DNA of 64,000 nucleotides from NCBI RefSeq assembly GCF_019966535.1, contig NZ_JAIMID010000014.1:1-64000 (forward strand), written 5' to 3'. The notes beneath the pieces were generated by a model. The model ran no database searches, was not told where the DNA came from, and worked only from the letters and a program-made list of their open reading frames with translations. This document shows, in pieces, positions 9,284 to 18,595 of this stretch. Both the position numbers and the translations under genes were made by a program. The DNA is from Mesobacterium pallidum (GTDB lineage: Bacteria; Pseudomonadota; Alphaproteobacteria; Rhodobacterales; Rhodobacteraceae). Positions within the stretch are counted from its first letter, which is position 1. Every line of letters starts with the position of its first letter.

Positions 9284-10450
9284 ATGGCCGTCATCACCAA
9301 TATCGAGGACCTGCACCGGCTCTACAGGCGGCGCGTCCCCAAGATGTTCTACGATTATTGCCAGTCGGGCAGTTGGACGGAACAGACCTTCCGCGAGAAC
9401 ACAAGCGATTTCGCGCAGCTGCGCCTGCGCCAGCGGGTGGCGGTGGACATGTCCGGCCGCTCGACCGAAAGCACGATGATCGGGCAGAAGGTGACGATGC
9501 CCGTGGCGCTGGCGCCGGTCGGATCTACGGGCATGCAATGCGCGGACGGAGAGATCAAGGCGGCACGCGCGGCCCGGGATTTCGGCGTGCCCTTCACGCT
9601 GTCGACCATGTCCATCAACTCGATCGAGGACATCGCCGAAGCGACGAACGCGCCCTTCTGGTTCCAGCTCTACACCATGCGCGACACCGATTTCACCTCG
9701 CGGCTGATCGAACGGGCGCGGGCGGCGCAGTGCTCGGCTCTGGTGATCACGCTGGACCTGCAGATCCTCGGGCAGCGGCACAAGGACCTCAAGAACGGGC
9801 TCTCCGCCCCGCCGAAGATCTCTGCGCGGCTGATCTACGATCTGGCGACGAAATGGCGCTGGTCCATGGGCATGGCCGGGGCCAAGCGGCGGCATTTCGG
9901 CAATATCGTGGGCCATGTGGACTCGGTCTCGGACCTGGCCGATCTCGGCGCCTGGACGGCCGAGCAATTCGACCCGACGCTCGACTGGACCAAGGTTGCC
10001 AGGCTGATGGAGCAATGGGGCGGCAAGGTCATCCTCAAGGGCATCCTCGACGTGGAGGATGCGAAGAAGGCGGTCGAGCTGGGGGCCGATGCCATCGTGG
10101 TGTCGAACCACGGCGGACGCCAGCAGGACGGGGCGCTCAGCTCGATCCGGGCACTGCCGGCGATCATCGATGCGGTGGGCGACAAGGTCGAGGTGCATCT
10201 CGACAGCGGCATCCGCTCGGGCCAGGACGTGCTGAAGGCCCTGGCCATGGGCGCGCGCGGCACGATGATCGGCCGCAGCTTCATCTACGGGCTGGGCGCC
10301 ATGGGCGAGGACGGTGTGACCAAGGCGCTGGAGCTGATCCAGCGGGAGCTTGACCTGTCGATGGCCTTCTCGGGCAAGCGGCGCGTCACCGACCTGACCC
10401 GCGCGGACCTGCTGATCCCCGAGGGGTTCGAGGGGCGCTGGCAGGCCTGA
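9284..10450 (+). CDS. FMN-dependent alpha-hydroxy-acid dehydrogenase (L-lactate dehydrogenase/glycolate oxidase family)
   Basis: TIM-barrel FMN dehydrogenase motifs (..SNHGGRQQDG.., ..GRSFIYGL..). Start at MAVITNIEDLH. Confidence 0.8.
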   Translation: MAVITNIEDLHRLYRRRVPKMFYDYCQSGSWTEQTFRENTSDFAQLRLRQRVAVDMSGRSTESTMIGQKVTMPVALAPVGSTGMQCADGEIKAARAARDFGVPFTLSTMSINSIEDIAEATNAPFWFQLYTMRDTDFTSRLIERARAAQCSALVITLDLQILGQRHKDLKNGLSAPPKISARLIYDLATKWRWSMGMAGAKRRHFGNIVGHVDSVSDLADLGAWTAEQFDPTLDWTKVARLMEQWGGKVILKGILDVEDAKKAVELGADAIVVSNHGGRQQDGALSSIRALPAIIDAVGDKVEVHLDSGIRSGQDVLKALAMGARGTMIGRSFIYGLGAMGEDGVTKALELIQRELDLSMAFSGKRRVTDLTRADLLIPEGFEGRWQA

Positions 10451-10511
10451 CGTCCTGTTTCGGATCGCAAATGCGATCCGACCGGGGGCGCGGCGGCTGC
10501 GCCGCCGCGCC

Positions 10512-10740
10512 GGGGGGCCAGCCCCCGTCCGCGTGCCGCGGACTCCCCCGGAGTTTATCGGCACAATGAAGGGCGGATCGGGCCCGGGCTTTCATCTGCC
10601 TCCAAGGATCCGTACCGCGGGCAAACCCGCCGGGGCCGCGCCCATGTCGACAACGGGCAGAGCTGCCCTTTGCTTTCATTATTCCAGAAATACTCTCGCC
10701 GAAGGCCACGCGCCGCAGGCGCGTCCGGGGGCGCGTGCCA
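10512..10740 (+). repeat. Dispersed intergenic repeat, long copy with an internal ~85-bp insertion
   Basis: GGGGGGCCAGCCCCC hairpin, then CCCCCGGAGTTTATCGGCACAATGAAGGGCGGATCGG, then after an insertion CTTTGCTTTCATTATTCCAGAAATACTC. Confidence 0.6.
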
Positions 10741-10810
10741 TTGGTGGAGGCGCGGCACAAAGGCACGCGCCCCGGGATGTTTCCGGGAAAGGTGAAAGGG
10801 ACCTGGGCGC

Positions 10811-11959
10811 TCAGGTGGCGCCGCGGCGCTTGAGCACCAGGGCCGCGGGGAGGATGAGGGCGATGAGCAGTGCGATCAGGCCGAAAGCCCAGCGCAGCCC
10901 GAAGCCCTCGGCCACGTAGCCCATGAAGGACGGGCCGGCGAAGAAGCCGAGAAAGCCGATCATCCAGGCGCGCGACAGTGCGACGGCGCGTTGGTTCGGC
11001 GACACCAGCAGGCCCAGCAGCGAGTTGGCCGAGGGCACGATCACCGCCATGCCGGTGCCCATCACCGCGACCGAGATCACGGCCATGCTCACGCTGCCCG
11101 CCAGCGCCAGGCCCAGCGCCCCGGTCGCGCCCAGTGCGGCCGAGGCGAGGATCAGCGCGGCCGGCCCGAAGCGGCGCGCCGCCCCCTGCCCCATCAGCCG
11201 CACGATCCCCATGCTGAGGCCCAGCATGGTCGGGCCGAAGGCGCCGATCCCGTCCAGCCCGCCCAGGGTGCGCTCGATATGCAGGGCCGACCAGGCCTCG
11301 GCCGCGTTCTCGCCCATGAAGGACGCCAGCAGGATCCAGCCCGCGAGGATCACGACGAGCCAGGGCATCGCCGTTACGGGGCCATCCGACGCACCCTCCG
11401 GCACCGCCACCCGCCGCCGTTCGGTCATCAGCAGCGCCATCGCCAGCACAACCAGCCCCGCCACCGCCAGGATCGGTACAGGCCCCAACCCTGCCTTGCG
11501 TGCGAGCCCCGTGCAGAAGGCCGCACCGCCGAAGGCAAAGGAGAACATGGCGTGGTTGACGTTCATCAGGCTCATCCCGTGCCGCGTCTCGAGCGCGGAG
11601 ACGCGCAGGTTGGCGGCAATGTCCAGCATGGCGACGCTCAGCCCCGCCGTCAGCATCGCAACGGCAAAGCCGGCAAAGCCGCCGGCCCCCGACAGCAACG
11701 CCAGCGGCACCAGCAGCGCCAGCGCCGTCACCGGCAGCATCCAGCGCCCGAGCGCCGCGTCGAGCCGGGGCGCGAGGTACATCGAGACCATCCCGCCCAG
11801 CGCCGAGCCCAGCAGCGCCAGGCCGAGGTCGCGGTCGTCGAGCCCCGAGATCGCCTTGAGGTCCGGCACGCAGGCACCAAAGGTGCCCCAGAACAGCCCG
11901 ACGGTGGCCAGCCCTGCCATCGGCGTGCGGCTCACCGCGATTTCCCGTCTCAGCGACAT
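10811..11959 (-). CDS. MFS transporter
   Basis: 12-TM hydrophobic profile, start at MSLRREIAV. The longer track ORF adds an Arg-rich non-native extension. Confidence 0.7.
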   Translation of the reverse strand: MSLRREIAVSRTPMAGLATVGLFWGTFGACVPDLKAISGLDDRDLGLALLGSALGGMVSMYLAPRLDAALGRWMLPVTALALLVPLALLSGAGGFAGFAVAMLTAGLSVAMLDIAANLRVSALETRHGMSLMNVNHAMFSFAFGGAAFCTGLARKAGLGPVPILAVAGLVVLAMALLMTERRRVAVPEGASDGPVTAMPWLVVILAGWILLASFMGENAAEAWSALHIERTLGGLDGIGAFGPTMLGLSMGIVRLMGQGAARRFGPAALILASAALGATGALGLALAGSVSMAVISVAVMGTGMAVIVPSANSLLGLLVSPNQRAVALSRAWMIGFLGFFAGPSFMGYVAEGFGLRWAFGLIALLIALILPAALVLKRRGAT

Positions 11960-12143
11960 GTCCGCCCCCTCTTGCCCGCGCGCCTTGCTAGCGCTAACCC
12001 GCCGCCGCGCCAAGCCGCAAAACCGCGACCCCGGAACCGGGGGGACGAATCGGCTTTCCAAGCGGGGGGAATTGGCCTATAGGCGCGGCTTCATGCGGGG
12101 TTACAGCCTTGGAGGAACCCCGCCCCAACCAATGGAGAACAAA

Positions 12144-12770
12144 ATGGCTGGAGAAATTCCTGATCTTCACGCCGAGGTACGGACGGGGACGGGCAAGGGC
12201 GCCGCTCGTCAGGCACGCCGCGATGGCAACGTACCCGGTATCGTCTTCGGTGGCGACAACGACCCGCTGTCGATCCAGATCCCCTTCAACGTGCTGCTCA
12301 AGCGCCTGAAGGCCGGTCGCTTCAAGTCGACCCTGTTCAACCTGAAGGTCGATGGCCACGAGGACGTCCGCGTCATCTGCCGCGACGTGCAGCGCGACGT
12401 GGTCAAGGACCTGCCGACGCATTTCGACCTGATGCGCCTGCGCCGCACCAGCCGGATCAACCTCTTCATCCACGTCGATTTCATCAACGAGGACGCGGCC
12501 CCCGGCCTGAAGAAGGGCGGCGTGCTGACCGTCGTGCGCGCCGAGGTCGAGCTGAACGTGCTCGCCGGCGACATTCCGGACCACATCACCGTGGACCTGA
12601 CCGGCAAGGACATCGGCGACGTCATCCACATCTCGGACGTCGTACTGCCGGAAGGCGCCAAGCCGACCGTCGAGCGTGACTTCGTGATCGCCAACATCTC
12701 GGCCCCGTCGGGCCTGCGCTCTTCGGGCGATGCCGACGCGGCCGAAGACGAAGAGGCCGCAGAGGAGTAA
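12144..12770 (+). CDS. rplY: 50S ribosomal protein L25 / general stress protein Ctc
   Basis: L25/Ctc family (..[19 protein letters not shown].. acidic C-tail). GGAG upstream of the ATG. A GC hairpin plus T-run terminator follows at 12805-12829. Confidence 0.85.
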   Translation: MAGEIPDLHAEVRTGTGKGAARQARRDGNVPGIVFGGDNDPLSIQIPFNVLLKRLKAGRFKSTLFNLKVDGHEDVRVICRDVQRDVVKDLPTHFDLMRLRRTSRINLFIHVDFINEDAAPGLKKGGVLTVVRAEVELNVLAGDIPDHITVDLTGKDIGDVIHISDVVLPEGAKPTVERDFVIANISAPSGLRSSGDADAAEDEEAAEE

Positions 12771-12804
12771 TCCTCTCGCGCCGCTTCAACGGCTTTGAAA
12801 CCCC

Positions 12805-12829
12805 TCGCCCCCCGGGCGGGGGGTTTTTC
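12805..12829 (+). terminator. Rho-independent terminator after rplY
   Basis: CGCCCCCCGGGCGGGGGG hairpin followed by TTTTTCTTT. Confidence 0.6.
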
Positions 12830-12917
12830 TTTGTGCCGTCCTGACCGGGCCGGCCTCTGGCCCTGCCCCGCCGGCGCCGGTATAAGGCGCGCAAGGCAAC
12901 AAGGGGGACCCGCGCCC

Positions 12918-13595
12918 ATGCAGATCTTCGTCGGCCTCGGCAACCCGGGCGCCAAATACGCCCGCAACCGGCACAACATCGGCTTCATGGCGCTGGACCG
13001 CATCGCCGAGGATCACGGCTTTGCCCCCTTTCGCGGCAAGTTCCAGGGGTCCGTCAGCGAAGGGCGGCTGGGCACCGAGAAGGTCGTGCTGCTCAAGCCC
13101 GAGACCTTCATGAACCTCTCGGGCCAGTCGGTGGGCGAGGCGATGCGCTTCTACAAGCTGACCCCGGCGGACATCACCGTCTTCCATGACGAGCTCGACC
13201 TTGCCCCCGGCAAGTGCCGCATCAAGCAGGGCGGCGGGCATGCGGGGCACAACGGGCTGCGCTCGATCCACCAGCACATCGGCGCGGATTATGCCCGCGT
13301 GCGGCTGGGCATCGGCCATCCGGGCCGCAAGGACGCGGTGGCGGGCTACGTGCTGCACGATTTCGCCAAGGCCGAGGAAGACTGGCTCGATGACCTGATG
13401 CGCGGCATCTCGGACGGCGCGCCTGCGTTGGCGGCGGGCGACACGGGCAAGTTCATGAACGCGGTGGCGCTGCGGGTGAACCCGCCGCGCAGTTCGGACA
13501 AGCCCGCGCCCAAACCCGCGCCCGCACCCGACCCGGAACCCGAGGCGCCCGACACCCGTTCGGTGCTGCAGAAACTCGCGGACCGCTTCAAGTGA
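12918..13595 (+). CDS. pth: Peptidyl-tRNA hydrolase
   Basis: MQIFVGLGNPGAKYARNRHNIGF... canonical Pth. Confidence 0.9.
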   Translation: MQIFVGLGNPGAKYARNRHNIGFMALDRIAEDHGFAPFRGKFQGSVSEGRLGTEKVVLLKPETFMNLSGQSVGEAMRFYKLTPADITVFHDELDLAPGKCRIKQGGGHAGHNGLRSIHQHIGADYARVRLGIGHPGRKDAVAGYVLHDFAKAEEDWLDDLMRGISDGAPALAAGDTGKFMNAVALRVNPPRSSDKPAPKPAPAPDPEPEAPDTRSVLQKLADRFK

Positions 13596-13600
13596 GCCGG

Positions 13601-14683
13601 ATGGCCCAGGCGCTGCAGGCGCAGGCAGAGGCCTGCGCCAGTCTCGGCTCGCCCTTCATGGGGCGCCTGCTGACCGGCCTCGCGGACCATTGGTCCGACG
13701 ACCTGCCGCTGGCCGCCCGGTTCGAGGCCTGGCCGGGCGAGATCGGCGCCTCCGGCCACTCCCTGCCGCTGCGGCTGGCGGGCGGGCTGCATGCGCTGGT
13801 GCTGACCGGCGCCGATCCGGAACTGGCCGCCGTCTACCCGCCGAACACTGCGGATGACGAGCGCCTGACGACCGCCGCGCTTTTGGCCCTGCACCGCCAC
13901 GCAGCGTTCCTCGACGATTGGGTGGGCTCCCCGCCCCAGACCAACGAGATCCGCCGTTGCGCCGCCCTGCTGCCCGCTGCCAGCTGGCTCTCGGCCCGCT
14001 TCGGCCTGCCGCTGCGGCTGAGCGAGATGGGGGCAAGCGGCGGGCTGAACCTGATGTTCGACCGCTACGCCATGACCACCGGGCAAACGACGCTCGGCGC
14101 CGCCGACCCCGTGCTAACGCTGACGCCCGACTGGCGCGGGGCCGAGCCGCCCGCTGCCCCGATTACGGTCTCAGAGCGGCGCGGGGTCGACCTCAACCCG
14201 CTCGACCCGCATGACCCGGAAAACGCCCTGCGCCTGCAAGCCTACCTCTGGCCCGACCAGCCCGAACGCCTGGCCCGCACCCGCGCCGCCATCGCCGCCC
14301 ACGACGCCCCGCTCGACCGCGGCGACGCCGCCGCGTGGCTGGACCAGCGCCTGGCCCAGCCCTGGGACGGCGCCTGCCACATGGTCTTTTCGACCATCGC
14401 CTTCCAGTACTTCCCCGATGCCACCAAGGCGCGGATCACCGCCGCGATGCAGGCGGCCGGCGCGCAGGCCAGCGACACCGCCCCCCTCGCCTGGGTCGCG
14501 ATGGAACCCGACGACGTCACCCCCGGCGCCGCGCTCACCCTGCGCCTGTGGCCCGGAGACCACGCGATCCCGCTGGGCCGCGCCGATTTCCACGGCCGCT
14601 GGATCGACTGGCAGGCCCCCGCGCCCCGAGGCCCTTTACATGCAATCGGTGATCCCCAAAGATCCCCTTCATCTTGCCTATAA
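13601..14683 (+). CDS. DUF2332-like hypothetical protein
   Basis: Conserved hypothetical protein. Its start overlaps the pth stop region. Confidence 0.55.
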   Translation: MAQALQAQAEACASLGSPFMGRLLTGLADHWSDDLPLAARFEAWPGEIGASGHSLPLRLAGGLHALVLTGADPELAAVYPPNTADDERLTTAALLALHRHAAFLDDWVGSPPQTNEIRRCAALLPAASWLSARFGLPLRLSEMGASGGLNLMFDRYAMTTGQTTLGAADPVLTLTPDWRGAEPPAAPITVSERRGVDLNPLDPHDPENALRLQAYLWPDQPERLARTRAAIAAHDAPLDRGDAAAWLDQRLAQPWDGACHMVFSTIAFQYFPDATKARITAAMQAAGAQASDTAPLAWVAMEPDDVTPGAALTLRLWPGDHAIPLGRADFHGRWIDWQAPAPRGPLHAIGDPQRSPSSCL

Positions 14684-14759
14684 ACTCCACGGGGGTGCGG
14701 GGGTGTGAAACCCCCGCCTCCGCCCTCACCGCATCCCGACCGGAGGAGGTCACAGACAC

Positions 14760-15137
14760 ATGCCCCAAAAGGACCCCGCGGTGAACATCCACGGCGGCGC
14801 GCTCGCCCCCTGTTCGACCGATCCGCTGACGGGCTATTTCCGCGACGCCCATTGCAACACCTGTTCCCAGGATACTGGCAGCCACACGGTCTGCGCCGTG
14901 ATGACCGCCGAATTCCTCGCCTACTCGAAATACGTCGGAAACGACCTCAGCACTCCGCGGCCCGAGTTCGGCTTTGCCGGTCTCAGGCCCGGCGACAGCT
15001 GGTGCCTCTGCGCCAGCCGCTTCCTGCAGGCCCATGACGAAGGCTGCGCGCCGCGCGTCCACCTGGCGGCCACCCATGTCCGCGCGCTCGAGATCGTGCC
15101 GCTCGACGTGCTCGAGGCCAACGCGGCAGACGGTTGA
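14760..15137 (+). CDS. DUF2237-like small cysteine-rich protein
   Basis: MPQKDPAVNIHGGALAPCSTDPLTGYFRDAHCNTC.. conserved hypothetical family. Confidence 0.6.
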   Translation: MPQKDPAVNIHGGALAPCSTDPLTGYFRDAHCNTCSQDTGSHTVCAVMTAEFLAYSKYVGNDLSTPRPEFGFAGLRPGDSWCLCASRFLQAHDEGCAPRVHLAATHVRALEIVPLDVLEANAADG

Positions 15138-15184
15138 AACCCGGCCCGGGGCTCTCCCCCGGGCCGGGCCATCTTTCACAGGGG

Positions 15185-16333
15185 TCAGTCGCGCAGCCGG
15201 ACCACGTCCGACAGCAGCCCCTCGGTCCCGTTGAGGACCGTCAGGCGTTCGACCTTGCCGGCGACGCTTTCCAGCGCCTCCAGCTCCTTCAGCCGCAGCA
15301 TGACGGGGTTCTCCGCCATGACCTTGGCCGTGTTGAGCAGCGCGCGGGTCGCGTTGGTCTCTTCGCGGCGCCGGATCACGTTGGCCTCGGCCTCCTTCTC
15401 GGCCGCGACCACCCGGTTCAGAAGCTCGCGCATCTCCCCGGGCAGGACCACGTCCTTCAGCGCCACCTCGGTGACCTCGAGGCCCAGCCCGACCATCTCG
15501 GCACGAACCTCGGCCGCTACGGCACTGTCCAGGCTGCCCTTTTCCTCGAGCAGCCGGTCCAGCGTCAGCGCCCCCAGCTTGCGCCGGTAGGCGAGTTGCA
15601 GCGCGCGGTGCAGCGCCTCGGTCACGTCTTTCACCGCCGTCACCGCCCGCTCGGCGTCGGTCACGCGGTAGACGGCCGAGAGGTTCACCCGCACCGTCAC
15701 CCGGTCGCGGGTCAGCACCTCTTGCCCGGTCGCCTCGTGCACCCGGACCCGCAGGTCCATGGCTTTCACGGCAACGCTGCGCCCCAGCTTCCAGCTGGCA
15801 TGGGTCCCGGCGGACAGGCGCCCCACCAGCACGCCATCGACATGCAGCATCCCGACATGCCCCTCGTGCACCTCGTGCAGCGTGTAAGCAGTGCTCAGCC
15901 CCACCCGCAGCAGCCGGCGCAGCACGGGCGCCGCGACCATCAGCGTGTCGTCATAGGCCACGCGCTCGACCGTCAGCGCCCCGGCGTCGCGCCAGTAGAC
16001 GGCCCGCTCATAGGGCCGCACGGCCGAGACGGGCACGCCGTCGCGGCTGACCAGCGCGACCTCGCCCTCGAGGGGCGCGACCTCGACCAGGTGCGCGGCG
16101 GCCAGCTCGGGCCGGGTCCGCCACAGCGCGCGCTCATGCGGCGACGCCATCCGGAGCAGATCGATGTTGTGCACCTCGGTGCGCGCGTCCCGCTTCACAC
16201 GGTGTCGCCCGGCACCCAGAATGGCCGTCACGCGGCCGTCCTCGAGGACGAGCATCCGTTCGGTTTCGGTCAGCGTGACCCGGGTCATCCCGGTCACGCG
16301 ATCCCACAGGGTTTCCAGCACATGTCCCATCAT
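15185..16333 (-). CDS. SPFH/Band-7 (slipin-like) family protein
   Basis: Stomatin/SPFH domain with coiled-coil C-terminus. Start at MMGHVLE with an AGGAGA RBS. The long N-terminal extension in the track ORF is not native. Confidence 0.8.
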   Translation of the reverse strand: MMGHVLETLWDRVTGMTRVTLTETERMLVLEDGRVTAILGAGRHRVKRDARTEVHNIDLLRMASPHERALWRTRPELAAAHLVEVAPLEGEVALVSRDGVPVSAVRPYERAVYWRDAGALTVERVAYDDTLMVAAPVLRRLLRVGLSTAYTLHEVHEGHVGMLHVDGVLVGRLSAGTHASWKLGRSVAVKAMDLRVRVHEATGQEVLTRDRVTVRVNLSAVYRVTDAERAVTAVKDVTEALHRALQLAYRRKLGALTLDRLLEEKGSLDSAVAAEVRAEMVGLGLEVTEVALKDVVLPGEMRELLNRVVAAEKEAEANVIRRREETNATRALLNTAKVMAENPVMLRLKELEALESVAGKVERLTVLNGTEGLLSDVVRLRD

Positions 16334-16688
16334 CTTTCTCCTTTTGGTCGTGCCTATCGTCGTCGCAAAGCGAAGATCCTTTTGTCTGAGAGGGTTGGAG
16401 GCATCACGCCCCACAGGTGTTGATCGCCCGGACCGGGCGAGGGAAAGGAAACCGGAGCCGCCCCCTGCCATGCCCCGGCGCGGGAGAGGGGCGAGCGGGC
16501 CCGCAGACCTAGGGCGCACGATCGGGCCGCAGCCGTCACGCGGGCCCAAGGCCGGCGCAGCCGTCATCCCCCGCTCCGGCACCAGGCCAGGGCAGCGGCG
16601 GACCGTTCCTGTCACCCGCAGGCGACAGGTCCAGGCGCGCCCCTGCAAGGGCATGCCCCGGTCCCGTATGGATCGCGTATCCCGCGAA

Positions 16689-16728
16689 AGAGGGGAGTCG
16701 AACCCCAGGCGCTTGCGCACCTTGCCCT
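16689..16728 (-). pseudogene. tRNA-like 3' fragment (T-arm GGGGTTCGACTCCCC plus partial acceptor), not a complete tRNA
   Basis: The minus-strand read CCAAGGGCAAGGTGCGCAAGCGCCTGGGGTTCGACTCCCCT abuts the tRNA-Asn CCA end. No D-arm or anticodon arm can be placed. Confidence 0.4.
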
Positions 16729-16803
16729 TGGGTCAAATGACGGGAGTCGAACCCGCGACACTTCGATTAACAGTCGAATGCTCTACCAGTGAGCTACATT
16801 TGA
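16729..16803 (-). tRNA. tRNA-Asn (anticodon GTT), CCA encoded, AT-rich acceptor stem TCAAATG/CATTTGA
   Basis: Minus-strand fold: TCAAATG-TA-GCTC ACTGGTA GAGC-A-TTCGA CTGTTAA TCGAA-GTGTC-GCGGG TTCGACT CCCGT-CATTTGA-C-CCA. Confidence 0.8.
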
Positions 16804-16875
16804 AACACATCGAAGGAGTCGAACCTTCGGCCCACAGAACCAAAATCTGTTGCTCTTCCACTGAGCTAGATGCGT
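16804..16875 (-). tRNA. tRNA-Gln (anticodon TTG), no encoded CCA, zero-nt spacer to tRNA-Asn
   Basis: ACGCATC-TA-GCTC AGTGGAA GAGC-A-ACAGA TTTTGGT TCTGT-GGGCC-GAAGG TTCGACT CCTTC-GATGTGT-T. All stems pair (one GU). The acceptor stem is non-canonical for bacterial tRNA-Gln. Confidence 0.7.
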
Positions 16876-17208
16876 TGCCCGTCCGTCGCGTCGCGGCCCT
16901 GGCATACGGGGTCGGCAGCGCCGCCCGCACCGGGGGAGTGATCACCTCCGCCCGCTAGGGTCCGTCCCGCCTCGGGTCGGTGACGGGGGAGATACTGGCA
17001 AGTGGCCGAGTCGCTCAACTGACAAATGCCGTCATCTGGCGGCTCCGTGACCGACGCGCAACAATGTTACCGGTTTGGGTAATTTTATTTCTTCAGACCC
17101 CCGTCACCGACCGGGGCCGGCAAAACGCAGACCACCCCGGCGCGCAACTTCCTGTCGCGACAGGATTTCCGGGCCTGCGCCCCGCGAAAGGGCCCGAAAA
17201 TTCGCGCC

Positions 17209-17224
17209 ATAAACCTCGGTTTAT
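17209..17224. promoter_or_regulatory. Perfect 16-bp palindrome ATAAACCTCGGTTTAT ~150 bp upstream of the first PepSY gene
   Basis: An AT-rich palindrome within an otherwise GC-rich 500-bp intergenic region. This is a candidate operator, of the kind bound by LuxR-type regulators. Confidence 0.35.
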
Positions 17225-17372
17225 AGCCATTCACCCCCGGTTCAGCGACGGTCGTTTAATCCCCCGGCCCATGGTCCGGGGTGCCCGGACCCGCCTTGTT
17301 CCGGTCATCGGCGCCATCCCGCAAGGGCGGGTGCCGGTTCATCCCAACGGGTTCACGAGAAGGAAGACAGAC

Positions 17373-17894
17373 ATGACACGCAGCACCATTTTGGCCCTCG
17401 CCTTTGCCGCGCTTGGCAGCACCGCCTTCGCCGCCGACGCGATCACCGACAGCGTGGTCAGCCAGTTGCAGGCGCGCGGCTACGACCGGATCGAGGTCGA
17501 ACGGTCCGGCGCGCAGATCCGGGTCGAGGCCGTCGGCGGCACTCAGAAATACGAGGCGGTGATCGACCGCGAAACCGGCCAGGTCCTGCGCCAGGAAGCG
17601 AGCCGCGCGACCCTGGCCGAGCGCAACCGCGAAAGCGGCGTGCACCTGTCGGACGCGGGCACGGTCAGCACCAGCGGCGACGATGACCACGAAGACGATC
17701 ACGGCACGGGCCACGACCGGTCGGATGACGACCATTCCGGCCGGGGCGATCACGACGGCAGCGACGACGATCACGACGAGGACCATGACGACAGCGACCA
17801 CGGTGGGCGCGGCGATAGCGACCATGGGGGCCGGGGCGACAGTGACCATGGCGATGATCACGATGACGGGGACGATCACGGTGACGACGACTGA
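17373..17894 (+). CDS. Secreted PepSY-like domain protein with Asp/His-rich low-complexity C-terminal tail
   Basis: Signal peptide MTRSTILALAFAALGSTAFA, then a ~60-aa PepSY-like fold (..QLQARGYDRIEVERSGAQIRVEAVGG..EAVIDRETGQVLRQE). The tail carries DDDHxDDH / SDHGGRGD repeats. AGGAAG RBS. Confidence 0.6.
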   Translation: MTRSTILALAFAALGSTAFAADAITDSVVSQLQARGYDRIEVERSGAQIRVEAVGGTQKYEAVIDRETGQVLRQEASRATLAERNRESGVHLSDAGTVSTSGDDDHEDDHGTGHDRSDDDHSGRGDHDGSDDDHDEDHDDSDHGGRGDSDHGGRGDSDHGDDHDDGDDHGDDD

Positions 17895-18007
17895 TCCCAG
17901 GCCCGGCTCGCACAACGCGGGCCGGAACCGCAACGGCCGGGCCCTGCCCCGGCCCGCAGGCCTGCTTCACCGGGCAGGCCGCATACCTGTGGGCGGGTAG
18001 GTCCGCC

Positions 18008-18577
18008 ATGCGCAACCTCCTGTTCGCCATCGCGACGGGCCTCGCCCTTGCCAGCCCGGTCCAGGCGGCCGATCCGGTCACCAATGGCGTGGTCGCGCAA
18101 CTTTCGGACCAGGGCTATCGGCGGATCGTCATCGGCAAGACCTTTCTTGGCCGGATGCGCATTGTCGCCACCAGCGGCAGCGAACGGCGCGAGATCATCC
18201 TCGACCCGCGCAGCGGAGAGATCCTGCGCGACCTCACCCAGCGCGAGGACGGCACCCGCGCCGCGCCGCGGTTGGTGCATTCGGGCGGGTCGGGACCGGA
18301 TCGCGCGAATGGCGCAAGGTCCGAGAGCGGCGGCAGCAGCAGCGACGATGAAGGAGAAGACGACGGCGGCACATCCGGTGGCAGCCAGTCCAGCGCGAGC
18401 AGCAGCGACAGAGAGTCGGCTGACGGCGGCTCGGACGACCGGGGCGACGACGGCGGCTCGGACCGGGGCGGGTCGGATCGCGGAGGCGACGACGACGGCG
18501 ATGAACCGGACGAACCCGACGAGCCGGACCATGGCGACGATCACGGAGGAGATCACGACGATGCCGAAGACGACTGA
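18008..18577 (+). CDS. Secreted PepSY-like domain protein with Asp/Gly/Ser/His-rich tail (paralog of the 17373 gene)
   Basis: Signal peptide MRNLLFAIATGLALASPVQA, matching domain (..QLSDQGYRRIVIGKTFLGRMRIVATSG..EIILDPRSGEILRD), acidic tail ending DHGDDHGGDHDDAEDD. Confidence 0.6.
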   Translation: MRNLLFAIATGLALASPVQAADPVTNGVVAQLSDQGYRRIVIGKTFLGRMRIVATSGSERREIILDPRSGEILRDLTQREDGTRAAPRLVHSGGSGPDRANGARSESGGSSSDDEGEDDGGTSGGSQSSASSSDRESADGGSDDRGDDGGSDRGGSDRGGDDDGDEPDEPDEPDHGDDHGGDHDDAEDD

Positions 18578-18595
18578 CCCCGGCCCGGCGGGCGT

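Noticed and set aside
8942-10564. 540-aa minus-strand ORF opposite trpA/lldD-like genes, plus many similar track ORFs (e.g. 10923-12100 N-terminal part, 13346-14086, 19283-20458, 49129-51144, 51616-52599)
   Set aside because: GC-skewed third-position frames producing long Arg/Pro/Gly-rich ORFs. Each overlaps a gene with clear homology-like motifs on the other strand or frame.
16340-16728. Possible two-piece (permuted) tmRNA/ssrA in the spacer next to the tRNA-like T-arm
   Set aside because: I could not find a tag-peptide reading frame (ANDN.. type), a CCA-ending acceptor piece or a 5' GGGG acceptor strand. Left as an unexplained structured spacer.
17686-18560. Short-period DNA repeats (GACGACGATCACGAC.., GACCATGGGGGCCGGGGCGAC..), which could be mistaken for CRISPR or VNTR arrays
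   Set aside because: They are in-frame codon repeats encoding the Asp/His/Gly tails of the PepSY-like proteins. There are no spacers of constant length and no cas genes, so they are not CRISPR. The minus-strand ORFs over them (17256-17933, 17665-18084, 17876-18556) are artefacts of the repeats.
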